Translations under genes and position numbers: made by a program
Origin: an uncultured Clostridia bacterium
GTDB lineage: Bacteria > Bacillota > Clostridia > Oscillospirales > UMGS1783
Direction of reading: 5' to 3'
Assembly: GCA_937991645.1 (NCBI GenBank)
Contig: CALKPL010000025.1
Location: 272,026-336,025 of the forward strand
DNA length: 64,000 bases
Part shown: positions 36,930 through 47,072 of the stretch, in pieces
Numbering within the stretch: the stretch's first letter is position 1
Layout of the letters: each line of letters starts with the position of its first letter
The notes under the pieces: generated by a model
The model's database searches: none
What the model was told of the DNA's origin: nothing
The model's input: the letters and a program-made list of their open reading frames with translations, nothing else

Positions 36930-38777
36930 TCAACCCTCGTTGCAGAGAGCCTCAAATTCCTCGCCGCTTATTTTTTCCTTTTCCAGCAACGCCTGTGCGA
37001 CTTTGTCGAGCACGGCACGGCGGCGTTCCAGAATCTCCTTGGCACGTGCGGCGGCCTTGTCAATAAAGTTACGGATCTCTTCGTCGATGGCGGCGGCAAT
37101 CTTTTCGGAGTAGTTGCGAGATACCGCAAAGTCGCGGCCCAAGAACACCTCGTCCTGTCCGGAACCGAATACGACGGGACCGAGACGGTCGCTCATGCCG
37201 TATTTGGTCACCATTTGACGGGCAATATTCGTTGCGCGCTCCAGGTCGTTGGACGCGCCGGTCGAAATATCATCCAGCGAGATCTGCTCTGCGACGCGGC
37301 CGCCCAGCAGAATGACCATACGGTCCTCCATTTCACCCTTGGACATATAGAACTTATCCTCTGTGGGCAGGTGGAGCGTATATCCGCCGGCCATCCCACG
37401 CGGAATGATGGAGATTTCATGCACCTTGTCATGGTCCGGCATATCGATTGTGACGAGGGCATGCCCCGCCTCGTGATAGGCAGTGAGCTTGCGCTCCTTG
37501 TCGCTGATGACTTTATTTTTCTTTTCTACGCCCATCATCACCTTAATAATGGAGCGCTCAATATCTTCCATACTGATACTGTGCTTGCCGTTTCTGGCGG
37601 CGAGCAGGGCCGCTTCGTTGAGCACATTTTCCAAGTCGGCGCCGGAAAATCCAGCCGTCGTCTTTGCTATGATGTCCAGCTTTACGTCGTCGTCGAGCTT
37701 CTTGTTGCGCGCGTGCAGCTTGAGAATGCCCTCCCTGCCCTTCACGTCGGGCAGGTTAATAACGACTTGCCGGTCAAACCGGCCGGGACGCAGCAACGCG
37801 GGGTCCAGTACGTCGGGGCGGTTGGTCGCCGCAATGATGATGACACCCTCATTTTTGGAAAAGCCGTCCATTTCCACAAGCAGCTGGTTGAGGGTCTGTT
37901 CGCGTTCGTCATGGCCGCCGCCCAGACCCGCGCCGCGCTGGCGGCCGACCGCGTCGATTTCATCAATAAAGATGATGGAAGGGGCGACTTTTTTCGCCTG
38001 GTCGAACAGATCGCGGACGCGGGACGCGCCCACGCCTACATACAGCTCCACAAAATCGGAGCCGGTAATGCTGAAGAAGGGGACGCGCGCCTCACCCGCC
38101 ACGGCACGTGCAAACAGGGTTTTACCATTGCCCGGCGGGCCTACAAGTATGATGCCTTTGGGGATTCGTGCGCCCAGTTCGGTAAATTTCTGCGGGTTTT
38201 TTAGAAATTCTACGATTTCAGCCAGTTCCTCTTTTTCTTCCTCGGCGCCGGCGACGTCGTCAAACGTGACGCGGTTCTTATCGTCCGCATTCGTCTTGGT
38301 GCGCGCCTTGGTGAAGGAAGCGGCCTTACCCGTGCCGGCACCGCCCATCTGGTTGAACATTACATAGAAAATACCGCCCATGATCACCAGAATGATGACA
38401 TACGGCAGGATACTCTGCCACCACGGGATACCGGCTTCCGGCATGATGTCGTAGCTCTCGATCGTCTTGTTCTCAAACTGTTCGGCGATGGTGTCGCCCA
38501 CGTCCAGGATAAACAGCTCCACGCTGTAGAGCTTAAATTCCTTCTTCAGTTCGTTTTTGTTTTTGACCGGGTTTTCCGGGTCTTCCTTTAATGTATAGGA
38601 AAGGTTATTGCCCTCAATTACAAAATCATTTACTTTACCTTCCCGAAAATGGGTAAGGACAGTGGAATATGTGAGTTTTTCCTGATTCGTACCGGAATCA
38701 AACAGGAAATTTGCCAGCAATATCAGTATCAATACGCCGACAAAAAACCATATGCTTCCGCCGCTCTTCTTTTTCAA
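36930..38777 (-). CDS. ftsH: ATP-dependent zinc metalloprotease FtsH
   Basis: Walker [12 protein letters not shown] region and HEAGH zinc site. I prefer the TTG at 38777 (AAAGGAGG 9 nt upstream, immediately after the hpt stop) over the ORF-track ATG at 38801. Confidence 0.95.
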   Translation of the reverse strand: MKKKSGGSIWFFVGVLILILLANFLFDSGTNQEKLTYSTVLTHFREGKVNDFVIEGNNLSYTLKEDPENPVKNKNELKKEFKLYSVELFILDVGDTIAEQFENKTIESYDIMPEAGIPWWQSILPYVIILVIMGGIFYVMFNQMGGAGTGKAASFTKARTKTNADDKNRVTFDDVAGAEEEKEELAEIVEFLKNPQKFTELGARIPKGIILVGPPGNGKTLFARAVAGEARVPFFSITGSDFVELYVGVGASRVRDLFDQAKKVAPSIIFIDEIDAVGRQRGAGLGGGHDEREQTLNQLLVEMDGFSKNEGVIIIAATNRPDVLDPALLRPGRFDRQVVINLPDVKGREGILKLHARNKKLDDDVKLDIIAKTTAGFSGADLENVLNEAALLAARNGKHSISMEDIERSIIKVMMGVEKKNKVISDKERKLTAYHEAGHALVTIDMPDHDKVHEISIIPRGMAGGYTLHLPTEDKFYMSKGEMEDRMVILLGGRVAEQISLDDISTGASNDLERATNIARQMVTKYGMSDRLGPVVFGSGQDEVFLGRDFAVSRNYSEKIAAAIDEEIRNFIDKAAARAKEILERRRAVLDKVAQALLEKEKISGEEFEALCNEG

Positions 38778-38778
38778 G

Positions 38779-39342
38779 TTACTTATCCTCCTTTGTCCCA
38801 TCCGACTTCATATATACTTCCCGCTTTAATATCCCGACAAAGGGCAGGTTGCGATACCGCTCGTCATAGTCTAACCCATATCCGACCACAAATTCATCCG
38901 GTATCTCAAAACCCTCGTAATCCAGCTGTACGGGAATTTTACGGCGATCGGGCTTGTTCAGCAGCGCGCACAGTTTGAGCGATGCGGGATGACGCTGCTT
39001 CATCAGGTCTATAACGTGGCTCAGCGTCACGCCGCTGTCCAGGATATCCTCCACAAGCAGTACGTCCTTGCCTGATATATCCACGTCCATGTCCTTAATG
39101 ATCTTGGCGGAACCCGTCGTCTGCGTGCCGGAACCGTAACTGGATACGTACATGAAATCAATCGACAACGGCAGATCGATATGCCGGATCAGATCGGACA
39201 TAAAAACACACGAGCCTTTCAATATGCTTACAAGCAGCAGATCCTTGCCCTGATAGTCCTCTGTAATCCGTTTCCCCAGCTCCTCTATCTTTTCCCGGAG
39301 CGCCTGCTCCGATACAAGAATCCGCCCTATGTTATCCTTCAT
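38779..39342 (-). CDS. hpt: hypoxanthine phosphoribosyltransferase
   Basis: 187 aa. PRPP loop [12 protein letters not shown]. Confidence 0.93.
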   Translation of the reverse strand: MKDNIGRILVSEQALREKIEELGKRITEDYQGKDLLLVSILKGSCVFMSDLIRHIDLPLSIDFMYVSSYGSGTQTTGSAKIIKDMDVDISGKDVLLVEDILDSGVTLSHVIDLMKQRHPASLKLCALLNKPDRRKIPVQLDYEGFEIPDEFVVGYGLDYDERYRNLPFVGILKREVYMKSDGTKEDK

Positions 39343-40672
39343 TTGAAATCTCCTTTATGTATATGTTCAAATATTGCGTTGTCGCGTGATCGGGCCGGCA
39401 GTCTGCCGAAGGGCCTATACCGTTGATCCAGGCAATATGCGCGCCCGCCGCAAGCAGAGGGTTGCCGCCGCGCACCCGCAGCGGAATCTTGCGGTCGGTA
39501 TACAGGCGGCGCACAGGCTTGGAACCCACGCCGGGAATGGTGAACCGGTCGCCGCTGCGCATGGCGCGGATTTGAAGCGTGCGCGGAAGCTTTTTATAAT
39601 CAAGCGCGTTTAGCGGGTTGGCGTGCCGCCGGTCTTCCAGCCGAAGCGAAATACGCCACGCGCCAAATACACAGGATGCGCCGGGCTGCACGGAGACAGG
39701 CTCCGGTACGGCTGCGGATACGGGACTTGTCCCCACATGGAGCGCGCCGTATTGCAGTTCGCAGAACACCGCCCCGCTCAGCTGGGTACGGCTGCCGGTA
39801 CGACCGGTCTGCACGAGTTCTTCTATAGTATGCATATGCGCCTGATCATATGTTATGCCCGTGCGATCTAAAAGAAACTGCTTGAGTATCCGGTAGCGCA
39901 CAGGCTTTGACAGGCCTTTGATCACGGAAACGCGGAGGGCTTCCCCCATCGCCGCTGCGCGATATGCCGCCGCCGCAAACTGGTCCAGTACGGCGGAATC
40001 CGCCGCAAGCAGCTCGCACATAATACTGATATGCTCCACCGCCTTCGAATTGATCCGGCAAAGTTCGGGCAAAACGATGTGACGGATGCGGTTGCGGGAA
40101 TATGATAAATCCGCGTTGGACGCGTCTGTCCGGAACGGCTGGCCCATATCGCGCAGATACTGCTCGATTTCAGCGCGCTGCAGACAGAGCAGCGGGCGGA
40201 TGACATTGCCGCGTACAGGCGGGACGCCCTGCATACCCTGCGCACCGGCGCCGCGCGCCATGTGAAACAAAACCGTTTCCGCATTGTCGTTCATGGTATG
40301 CGCCGTGGCAATCCGCGCGGCGGGAAAACCTGCGGCCACGCGGTCGAGAAAGCCGTAACGGGCCGTGCGCGCCGAAGCTTCGAGGTTGCCGCCGCTTGCA
40401 CGGACATCCTGCTTCTCACTGAAAAACGGCACATCCAGCCGCAGGCTCAGCTCGCGCACAAAGGCCGCATCTTCATCCGAAGCCGTACCGCGCAGGGCAT
40501 GATTGAAATGCGCGCAGACAAGCTTACGGCCGCGGCCTGTACAGAGGGCCGCCAGAATGTGCAGCATGGCGGTGGAATCCGCACCGCCGGACACCGCTGC
40601 TATAACGGTCTCACAGCCGTCCAGCATACGGTACCGGTCCATGTATTGTTCAACTTTACATTGGAGCGTCAT
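39332..40672 (-). CDS. tilS: tRNA(Ile)-lysidine synthetase
   Basis: PP-loop AVSGGADS. Start uncertain (40672, 40642 or the ORF-track 40762); all but 40642 overlap the dnaB 3' end. Confidence 0.88.
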   Translation of the reverse strand: MTLQCKVEQYMDRYRMLDGCETVIAAVSGGADSTAMLHILAALCTGRGRKLVCAHFNHALRGTASDEDAAFVRELSLRLDVPFFSEKQDVRASGGNLEASARTARYGFLDRVAAGFPAARIATAHTMNDNAETVLFHMARGAGAQGMQGVPPVRGNVIRPLLCLQRAEIEQYLRDMGQPFRTDASNADLSYSRNRIRHIVLPELCRINSKAVEHISIMCELLAADSAVLDQFAAAAYRAAAMGEALRVSVIKGLSKPVRYRILKQFLLDRTGITYDQAHMHTIEELVQTGRTGSRTQLSGAVFCELQYGALHVGTSPVSAAVPEPVSVQPGASCVFGAWRISLRLEDRRHANPLNALDYKKLPRTLQIRAMRSGDRFTIPGVGSKPVRRLYTDRKIPLRVRGGNPLLAAGAHIAWINGIGPSADCRPDHATTQYLNIYIKEISNEG

Positions 40673-41999
40673 AGCGCTTCTCCAAAGATGAGAACTTGGT
40701 GTACTTGCCGCTCCACTCCACTTCGACCGTACCGGTTTCGCCGTGGCGGTTCTTGCCGACAACGATCTTCATAATATTCTGCCGTTCCGGTTCGCCGGTG
40801 GCGAGCGCGTCGTTCACAAGGAAGAGAACGGAATCCGCGTCCTGTTCAATGGAGCCGGATTCGCGCAGGTCCGAAAGCTGCGGACGGCCGTCTTTGCGGT
40901 CCTCCGTCTTACGGGCCAGCTGTGAAAGCACGATGAGCGGCACGTTGAGCTCCTTCGCCATGATCTTCAGCGCACGGGTCATTTCACTGACCTCCTGCAC
41001 GCGGTTCTCTATGCGGCGGCCGGAAGACATCAGCTGCAGATAGTCCACAATGACAAGGCCGACGTCCTTAAGCCGGCGGAGCTTCGCTTTCATCTGGCTG
41101 ACCGTGATATTGCTCGAATCGTCAAAGTAAATAGGACAATCGGCGAGCAGCTTGGTCGCTTCCGCAATTCTGCGCCAGTCATCGTCCTGCAATTCGCCCG
41201 TGCGGAGTTTGTAGTTTTCCACAAGCGCCTGGGACGAGATGATACGGTCGACAAGCTGATCGTTCGACATTTCCAGTGAAAAAAATGCGACTTTTTTCTT
41301 GGCCTTAAGAGCCACGTTTTCCGCAATATTGAGCGCAAGGCTTGATTTACCGATACCAGGACGGGCGGCAACAATGATCAGGTCGCTGTTGTGCATGCCG
41401 CCCAGAAGGTTATCCAGGTCGGGAAAATAAGTCGGGGTGCCGAGAAACTGCTCCCGGCCCTCGCCCGCCATTTTATTATAGCGGTCTATGCTCTCCTGCA
41501 GACCTTCGCGCAGGGAATAGAACCCGGTGTTGACGCGGGCATTGGTAATATCATAGATACGCTGCTCCGCATACTCGACCACTTCGTCCGCGCTGTCGGT
41601 CATCTCCATGGCGCGGGTGCGGATCGCGTCCGCCGCCTCTATCATCTGGCGCAGAATGGCCTTCTGCACAATGATCCTGGCATAGTTCTCCGCATTCTCA
41701 ATGGACGGGACGACCTCCGTAAGGGAAAGCAGATACTGCTTGCCTTCCGCTTCGGAGAAAATCCCCTTCGCGCGGACTTCATCCAACAGCGTTACATAGT
41801 CGATGGGCTTTGCAGCAAGGTTCATGGATAGCATCGTCTCATAAATACGCCGGTGCTGCTCCATGTAGAAGTATTCGGGACGGAGCAGCGGTATCAGCGT
41901 ATCCAAAACGGAATAGTCGATAATCACAGCGCCCAAAACAGACTGTTCCGCTTCAAAGCTGAACGGGACGCTGCCCGTCAGCTGGTCTTCCAACGCCAT
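40656..41999 (-). CDS. dnaB: replicative DNA helicase
   Basis: 447 aa. Walker A ARPGIGKS and a DnaB C-terminal domain. No intein-sized insertion. Confidence 0.95.
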   Translation of the reverse strand: MALEDQLTGSVPFSFEAEQSVLGAVIIDYSVLDTLIPLLRPEYFYMEQHRRIYETMLSMNLAAKPIDYVTLLDEVRAKGIFSEAEGKQYLLSLTEVVPSIENAENYARIIVQKAILRQMIEAADAIRTRAMEMTDSADEVVEYAEQRIYDITNARVNTGFYSLREGLQESIDRYNKMAGEGREQFLGTPTYFPDLDNLLGGMHNSDLIIVAARPGIGKSSLALNIAENVALKAKKKVAFFSLEMSNDQLVDRIISSQALVENYKLRTGELQDDDWRRIAEATKLLADCPIYFDDSSNITVSQMKAKLRRLKDVGLVIVDYLQLMSSGRRIENRVQEVSEMTRALKIMAKELNVPLIVLSQLARKTEDRKDGRPQLSDLRESGSIEQDADSVLFLVNDALATGEPERQNIMKIVVGKNRHGETGTVEVEWSGKYTKFSSLEKRYDAPM

Positions 42000-42033
42000 A
42001 CCACCGCTCCTTTCCTATCATGATCTTGATTAC

Positions 42034-42480
42034 TTACGCTTCTTTGACGACCACAAATACAGTCGCCGTTATATCCGGGTACAGCCGGACGACGACCGAC
42101 GCGGTGCCGCAGCTGCGGATGGGCTCTTCCAGCTGGATCTTGCGGCGGTCCACTTCAAGATGCAACGAGTCCTGGATCGCGTCCGCGATCTCTTTTGCCG
42201 TGACGGAACCGAACAACTTGCCGTTTTCGCCGGCTTTGACGGCGATTTCCACTGTTTTGCCTTCCAGGCTGTCCGCCAGCGCGCGCGCAGCAGCTTTTTC
42301 CTCGGCGATTTTACGGGCTTTCGCTTCGTTCTGGGACCTCATAACGTTCAGGTTGTTGCTGTTCGCCTCCACCGCAAGGCCGCGCGGCAGCAGATAATTG
42401 CGCGCATAGCCGTCCGACACATTGACAAGTTCGCCTTTTTTCCCCTTGCCCTTTACATCCTGCTGCAGGATTACTTTCAT
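42034..42480 (-). CDS. rplI: 50S ribosomal protein L9
   Basis: 148 aa. [32 protein letters not shown]. Confidence 0.96.
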   Translation of the reverse strand: MKVILQQDVKGKGKKGELVNVSDGYARNYLLPRGLAVEANSNNLNVMRSQNEAKARKIAEEKAAARALADSLEGKTVEIAVKAGENGKLFGSVTAKEIADAIQDSLHLEVDRRKIQLEEPIRSCGTASVVVRLYPDITATVFVVVKEA

Positions 42481-43502
42481 GAGTTCAGCCTCCCATTCGC
42501 TTTTTTAAAGCGCGCGCGCCAGCCGGTAAAACTGTCGACCACGCCAAGAATGATATACAGAGAAGTAAAATCTATAAACAAACCGATATACGGGCCGCAG
42601 CACGAGAGAACGAGCAGGATCACGACCACGGCTTTTACGCCTGTCCGCTCCGTGTTGCGGGTCAAAAACCGGTAGGCGCACACGACGCCCGCGATAAACA
42701 GAGGTGCAGACAAAATCATTACATAGTTCATAAACACGGCCGAGACGGCGCCTTCCGTCAGCATCCCCAGCAGCATGCTCGCTACAAAAGTTCCGGCGGC
42801 GACCCGCGATATGCGAAGATCTGCCAGACGCTCGGTCGACACCAGGCCCGGATACTTTTTCGCGGTCAGACCCCGCGCAAGGGCCTGTGCGACATATGCG
42901 GCCGCCATAATAAACGTTGCGATCAGGCCGGGCATATAGAGCAGGATCATCTCAAACATATAATCCTTTTGCGTGAGCGCCATGGTAACCAGTGCGTCGA
43001 GCTGCTCCGATGGATAGTTCGCGTAGAGCTGATGTACCATTGCATAGATTTCATCGTCCAGCGCGTTGCTGATCTCGTCGAGCGGCCCGGTTATAATCTC
43101 CATACTGAGATTGCCCTGGGTCGCATACAGATAAACCGCAAAAAACAGGCCGAGCAGCACGGCCGTCCCCACCGTAGATACGGCGACAACGCTGGACAGG
43201 CTTCCATTGCGGAATATGCCGTAACCTGTGAAGAGGACCAGCCCCAGCAGGAGCAGGAACAGCAGACCTGCGGCAAGCCATCCGCCCGCCGAAAAATACA
43301 GGAGCGCTGCAGAAAGGGCCAGGACCGCATATACGCTGTTTTTCCAGAGCAGATGCCCCGCCAGCATAAAACCCGCCGCAAAGACGCAGAGAAGCGCGGT
43401 GAGCGCAAGCTCGCCACGCGCCAAGATTGACAGCGCCAATATGATGATACCTATCAGGTAATAGCTACCCGCGCGCCTGATTTGCTCGCTTCTGTCCGCC
43501 AT
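42477..43502 (-). CDS. YybS-like polytopic membrane protein (DUF2232)
   Basis: 341 aa, multi-TM. Sits directly upstream of rplI-dnaB, as yybS does in Bacilli. Confidence 0.65.
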   Translation of the reverse strand: MADRSEQIRRAGSYYLIGIIILALSILARGELALTALLCVFAAGFMLAGHLLWKNSVYAVLALSAALLYFSAGGWLAAGLLFLLLLGLVLFTGYGIFRNGSLSSVVAVSTVGTAVLLGLFFAVYLYATQGNLSMEIITGPLDEISNALDDEIYAMVHQLYANYPSEQLDALVTMALTQKDYMFEMILLYMPGLIATFIMAAAYVAQALARGLTAKKYPGLVSTERLADLRISRVAAGTFVASMLLGMLTEGAVSAVFMNYVMILSAPLFIAGVVCAYRFLTRNTERTGVKAVVVILLVLSCCGPYIGLFIDFTSLYIILGVVDSFTGWRARFKKANGRLNS

Positions 43503-43554
43503 ATGCGTCCTTACTCCTGTTTACCCAGTTAAAATTCGTTAAATCGTTCAAATT

Positions 43555-43583
43555 ATTATACCATTCAAGTCTTCAAGTGTAAA
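43555..43583 (-). promoter_or_regulatory. candidate promoter (TTTACA-17-TGgTATAAT, extended -10)
   Basis: Read on the minus strand about 50 nt upstream of the yybS-like ATG. Confidence 0.45.
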
Positions 43584-43671
43584 TAGAAGTTTTAATAATA
43601 TTTTGTGACGCAAAGTATTTTTTACAGTGAAAAAGACGGCGGTATACGGGCGATAGAAAAGATAACGGCTA

Positions 43672-43700
43672 CAGGGGGGCGGTTTGCATCCGCCCCCCTG
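43672..43700 (-). terminator. GC hairpin after spoIIID
   Basis: 11-bp stem caggggggcgg/ccgcccccctg. The trailing U-tract is weak. Confidence 0.5.
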
Positions 43701-43748
43701 GGGTTTCTTATCACAACGCCCGGATAACCGCCGTTTATACGGCTGTGA

Positions 43749-44027
43749 TTACCGGACCGAAGACCTGTTTTCCGCTACGGATATGAGAGAGTATTTGCGC
43801 TTGGTGGCCTGCCCTCCGCGCAGATGGCGTTCCGCCTTGTTTTTGTCAAGCACATGCTTTACCTGCCGATAGAGATTCGCATTGATCTTTGGCAGCCGTT
43901 CCGTTATATCTTTATGTACTGTGGATTTGGATATGGAGAATTTTTTGCCAGCCGCCCGCACCGTCGCCTCATTCTCTATAATATAGAGGGCCAGTGTTAT
44001 CACTCTCTCTTCCGGTAACCCTTTCAC
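43749..44027 (-). CDS. spoIIID: sporulation transcriptional regulator SpoIIID
   Basis: FSISKSTVHKDITERLPKINANLYRQVKHVLDKNKAERHLRGGQATKRKY closely parallels B. subtilis SpoIIID. The GTG start at 44027 gives 92 aa. The ORF-track start at 44060 is possible. Confidence 0.88.
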   Translation of the reverse strand: MKGLPEERVITLALYIIENEATVRAAGKKFSISKSTVHKDITERLPKINANLYRQVKHVLDKNKAERHLRGGQATKRKYSLISVAENRSSVR

Positions 44028-44380
44028 TGTGTCCCATCCCCTTTTCATCGGTTTCATCACATGTATATGCCGGATGGAAACAAAAGATACCAGAAACGAA
44101 ATGAATTGAAACGGGCTTATGCCGGCGCGTCAGCTTTATGATATGGAATCAACAGACCTCAAAGGCAAAAAAACGGATATGACAAACGCCATATCCGCGA
44201 AGGAAATCGGGATGGTATGGTCGGACGGGTCAGATCCGAACACATCTCCGCTCCCAGTAATCCTCAAAAAGTACTCTCTGTTTATATATACCGCACAACG
44301 CCGATTTTGGAATGAGATTCATGCAGTTCTGCTATTTCCATAAAAAACACGAGCCCATTCCTGTGGAAACACCACAAATG

Positions 44381-45226
44381 TCACATGCTGGCGAAGATTG
44401 ACTCCAAAACATCCACATCATAGGTTGTTGAGATGATATACGTATTAAATTCATCCATATAGCAGAGCTGATTGATATTCTTATTCGAGAGCAGAAAAAC
44501 GGTGCGTCCGTTAATGGTTTTACGCAGGCCGCTTGTGAAATACCCCTCTATTTCGACCTCGTTGTTGTCGATATCCGGGTCCAGTTTGCTTATTTTCTGG
44601 TTGACGATGCTGATTGAGACACTGTCCTCTCCCTTGACGAGGCTGACCATAATGTTCACCTCGTTTAAAGTGGATTCCACGCGCATGCTGTCCACCTTCA
44701 TATCCGACGGAAGTTCGGACGGCCACAGGAATGCGACGTAACCATTGTCCGACATGTTTTGCTGCAGCAGGCTGTAAATTTCAGCTGAGCTCATTTCTTC
44801 CGCCGTTCCCGTATCGTTCGCATACCGGAGAACAACCGCGTCCTTGGTCCAGGTAGCGAATTCAGACGCTATATTAAAATCAAACGCTATGGTGGAGACT
44901 GTATTGACCACGAACAGGAATACGAGGACTATGCTGAACGAAACAACCACGCGAAGCCGGGCGGGCAGAGCCTTCAGCCGACGGCGTCCGGCCGGAAGAG
45001 GGCCGTGCGCATAAGACTTGGAATCGAATGTAAGATTCGGCATATCCTGATCCAGACGCTCCATTCGCAGCAGTATATCCGTAAGCTCTTCGACAAGATC
45101 CGTATTCATTTTTTCATCAGGCTTTGCAAGCTCTCTATCCAGGGCGGCTTCTACCGTTTCCCGGTGCAAGGCGCTGGTTTCTCTTAAAATCTCCTGAAAC
45201 GCCTTGGTGGATAAAGATTTCCGCAT
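44381..45226 (-). CDS. putative anti-sigma factor, single-pass membrane protein (DUF4367-like)
   Basis: One TM segment (VVVSFSIVLVFLFVVNTVSTIAF). Lies immediately downstream of an ECF-type sigma gene. ATG at 45226 with AGAGGTG 6 nt upstream. Confidence 0.6.
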   Translation of the reverse strand: MRKSLSTKAFQEILRETSALHRETVEAALDRELAKPDEKMNTDLVEELTDILLRMERLDQDMPNLTFDSKSYAHGPLPAGRRRLKALPARLRVVVSFSIVLVFLFVVNTVSTIAFDFNIASEFATWTKDAVVLRYANDTGTAEEMSSAEIYSLLQQNMSDNGYVAFLWPSELPSDMKVDSMRVESTLNEVNIMVSLVKGEDSVSISIVNQKISKLDPDIDNNEVEIEGYFTSGLRKTINGRTVFLLSNKNINQLCYMDEFNTYIISTTYDVDVLESIFASM

Positions 45227-45285
45227 GAGTATCACCTCTTATTATATATACCATAAAACTGCGGTTTTGGAACGATTTGCAACAC

Positions 45286-45813
45286 TTAATTCATCAACAT
45301 ACTTGCGATTATCTTTACTTTGTTGACCAGCTGCGTCCTTCGCTTATACACCGCTGAATCGCTCAGACCCAGTTGCTGTGCTACGGCATGGATGGCCCGG
45401 CGCTCTTCAAACAGAAGCACCAGAAGTTCTCTGTCCTCTTTTGTAAGGCGTTTCAGAACTTCTTCTTTCAGCACATACAGCTCGTAATCGTTGACATGCT
45501 CCAGAAAATCCACTTCATACGACAATTCGTTCTGAACGGACGGCTCGTCGTACGACTTCTGGTCGCGCTCTTTCTTCATGCGCCGATATTCTTTCATGAC
45601 AAAATTGTTTGCCACGCGATAGAGCCATGCGCCGACGTGCTCCAGGTCTGTGATGCGGTCGCTTGACTGATACAGCGTCAAAAACGTATTCTGCGTGCAG
45701 TCTTCCGCGCGCGCCGCGTCGCCGTTGAGACGGTGCAGACAATATTTATAAATCGGCTTGCTCCAGCGATCCCAAATACTTTTGAACTGCTGTTCCCATT
45801 CTTCCGCCTTCAT
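45286..45813 (-). CDS. RNA polymerase sigma-70 family (ECF-type) factor
   Basis: Region 2 WLYRVANNFVMKEYRR and region 4 HTH VAQQLGLSDSAVYKRRTQL. ATG at 45813 with AAGGAGG 8 nt upstream. Confidence 0.85.
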   Translation of the reverse strand: MKAEEWEQQFKSIWDRWSKPIYKYCLHRLNGDAARAEDCTQNTFLTLYQSSDRITDLEHVGAWLYRVANNFVMKEYRRMKKERDQKSYDEPSVQNELSYEVDFLEHVNDYELYVLKEEVLKRLTKEDRELLVLLFEERRAIHAVAQQLGLSDSAVYKRRTQLVNKVKIIASMLMN

Positions 45814-46013
45814 CTGCACCACCTCCTTTTTTTCGCTTATTTTTTATTATATCATACACCGGTAATTTGTATAGTTCTTTTATCAAATTTTATTTATTTC
45901 TCAACCGGATTCTTCACTGCGGCCAGGCGCGCTCTTTTTTCATAAAAAGTATTTCTTTTTATCCTTAAATGATGTATGATATAAATAACAAAAAACGCTG
46001 GAGGCCTTGACGC

Positions 46014-46856
46014 ATGCTGAAACGGAAACTGACGCCGCTGGTACTGCTGCTTTCGCTCGCTTTTATCGGCGCGCGCTGCTATCAGTACATGTATCTGATA
46101 GACAACACGACCGGCTATTATACGCCGCATATATTCAATACGCTGCTGGTGATTTTCGCCTCGGCATGCTGCGTTTTTCTCGCGGCACCGCTGCTGCTGC
46201 GCCGAAGCTGTTTTATAGTGGATATGGTCCGGACGAGCTCCAAGACTTTCTTTTGCATGGTGAATCTCGCCGCCTGCCTTGCCTTTGCGGCGGTGACGAC
46301 GATTGGCGTTTACCAGCTTGCCACAGGTGAAAAAAATGGGATTACAGATATACTTATGACTGTTTTTGCTCTGTTTGCCGTTATATACTTTGCCTACATC
46401 TTCATCAACGGCGGCTCGCCCGCCATGGGCAGCGGTATGCACCTGTGTCTGATCGGTCCGATCGGATTTTCTGTAGTGCGGCTGACAGTGGACTTTAACC
46501 AGCTGACGATGAACGCGAATGTATCGGGATATAAATACCTGCTGCTGGGATTAAGCGCGTCCATCTGTTTTTTTCTCATGTTTGGCCGGTATCAGTTGGA
46601 AGGTACGGCAACGCGCGGCGCGTATGTCTTCGCGCGGCTTACCGTATTTCTGCTCGGCGCGGCTTCGGTCAGTCCCTTAATTATGCATTTTCTGCCCGGC
46701 ACCGTGTACGCGGAGAGCGTTTCGATCGTATGCCGGTTCGTAGATGTGATCACGATTCTGTATGCATGGTCCTTTATCAGTGTCGTACGGATTAACGACG
46801 GCGAAAGTGTTTTCAAGCGCGAAAAAGAGGCTATCTCGGTTGCGCAGAAGAGATAG
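46014..46856 (+). CDS. polytopic membrane protein, unknown function
   Basis: 280 aa with about 7 hydrophobic segments and a GGAGG RBS. Confidence 0.65.
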   Translation: MLKRKLTPLVLLLSLAFIGARCYQYMYLIDNTTGYYTPHIFNTLLVIFASACCVFLAAPLLLRRSCFIVDMVRTSSKTFFCMVNLAACLAFAAVTTIGVYQLATGEKNGITDILMTVFALFAVIYFAYIFINGGSPAMGSGMHLCLIGPIGFSVVRLTVDFNQLTMNANVSGYKYLLLGLSASICFFLMFGRYQLEGTATRGAYVFARLTVFLLGAASVSPLIMHFLPGTVYAESVSIVCRFVDVITILYAWSFISVVRINDGESVFKREKEAISVAQKR

Positions 46857-46900
46857 GGACTTCTTGCTCAGACTGTGACGGAGCGTGGGACTTGCCTGCG
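46683..46900 (+). repeat. direct repeat copy A (3' end of the membrane-protein gene plus a decayed deaminase 5' fragment)
   Basis: Aligns with 48092-48327 at roughly 80-85% identity by eye. Confidence 0.85.
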
Positions 46901-47072
46901 CTTGCTCGACTCGTTCGGGTATTTCAGGATGGCAGGCAGTTACGCTTTTTATAATTTGATTGACTTCAGCGACTAGAATAATTTCGTTTTGGGCAGTTAT
47001 TTGCACGATGTTCCGCACCGAAAGCATACCGGGGACATATGGCAGACAATCTGCCGAAGAAAGAGAGAAAGA

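Noticed and set aside
44119-44343. A 74-aa plus-strand ORF in the spoIIID/anti-sigma intergenic region.
   Set aside because: It has no RBS, its composition is unremarkable, and it is oriented against both neighbours. The region is more likely a regulatory 5' region of spoIIID.
45262-45276. Sigma-54-like TGGAAC-N-TTGCA string (ttttGGAACgatttGCaa) on the plus strand between the sigma and anti-sigma genes.
   Set aside because: The GG-to-GC spacing is two nt shorter than the -24/-12 consensus. The element points away from any plus-strand gene, and no EBP/sigma-54 activator is nearby.
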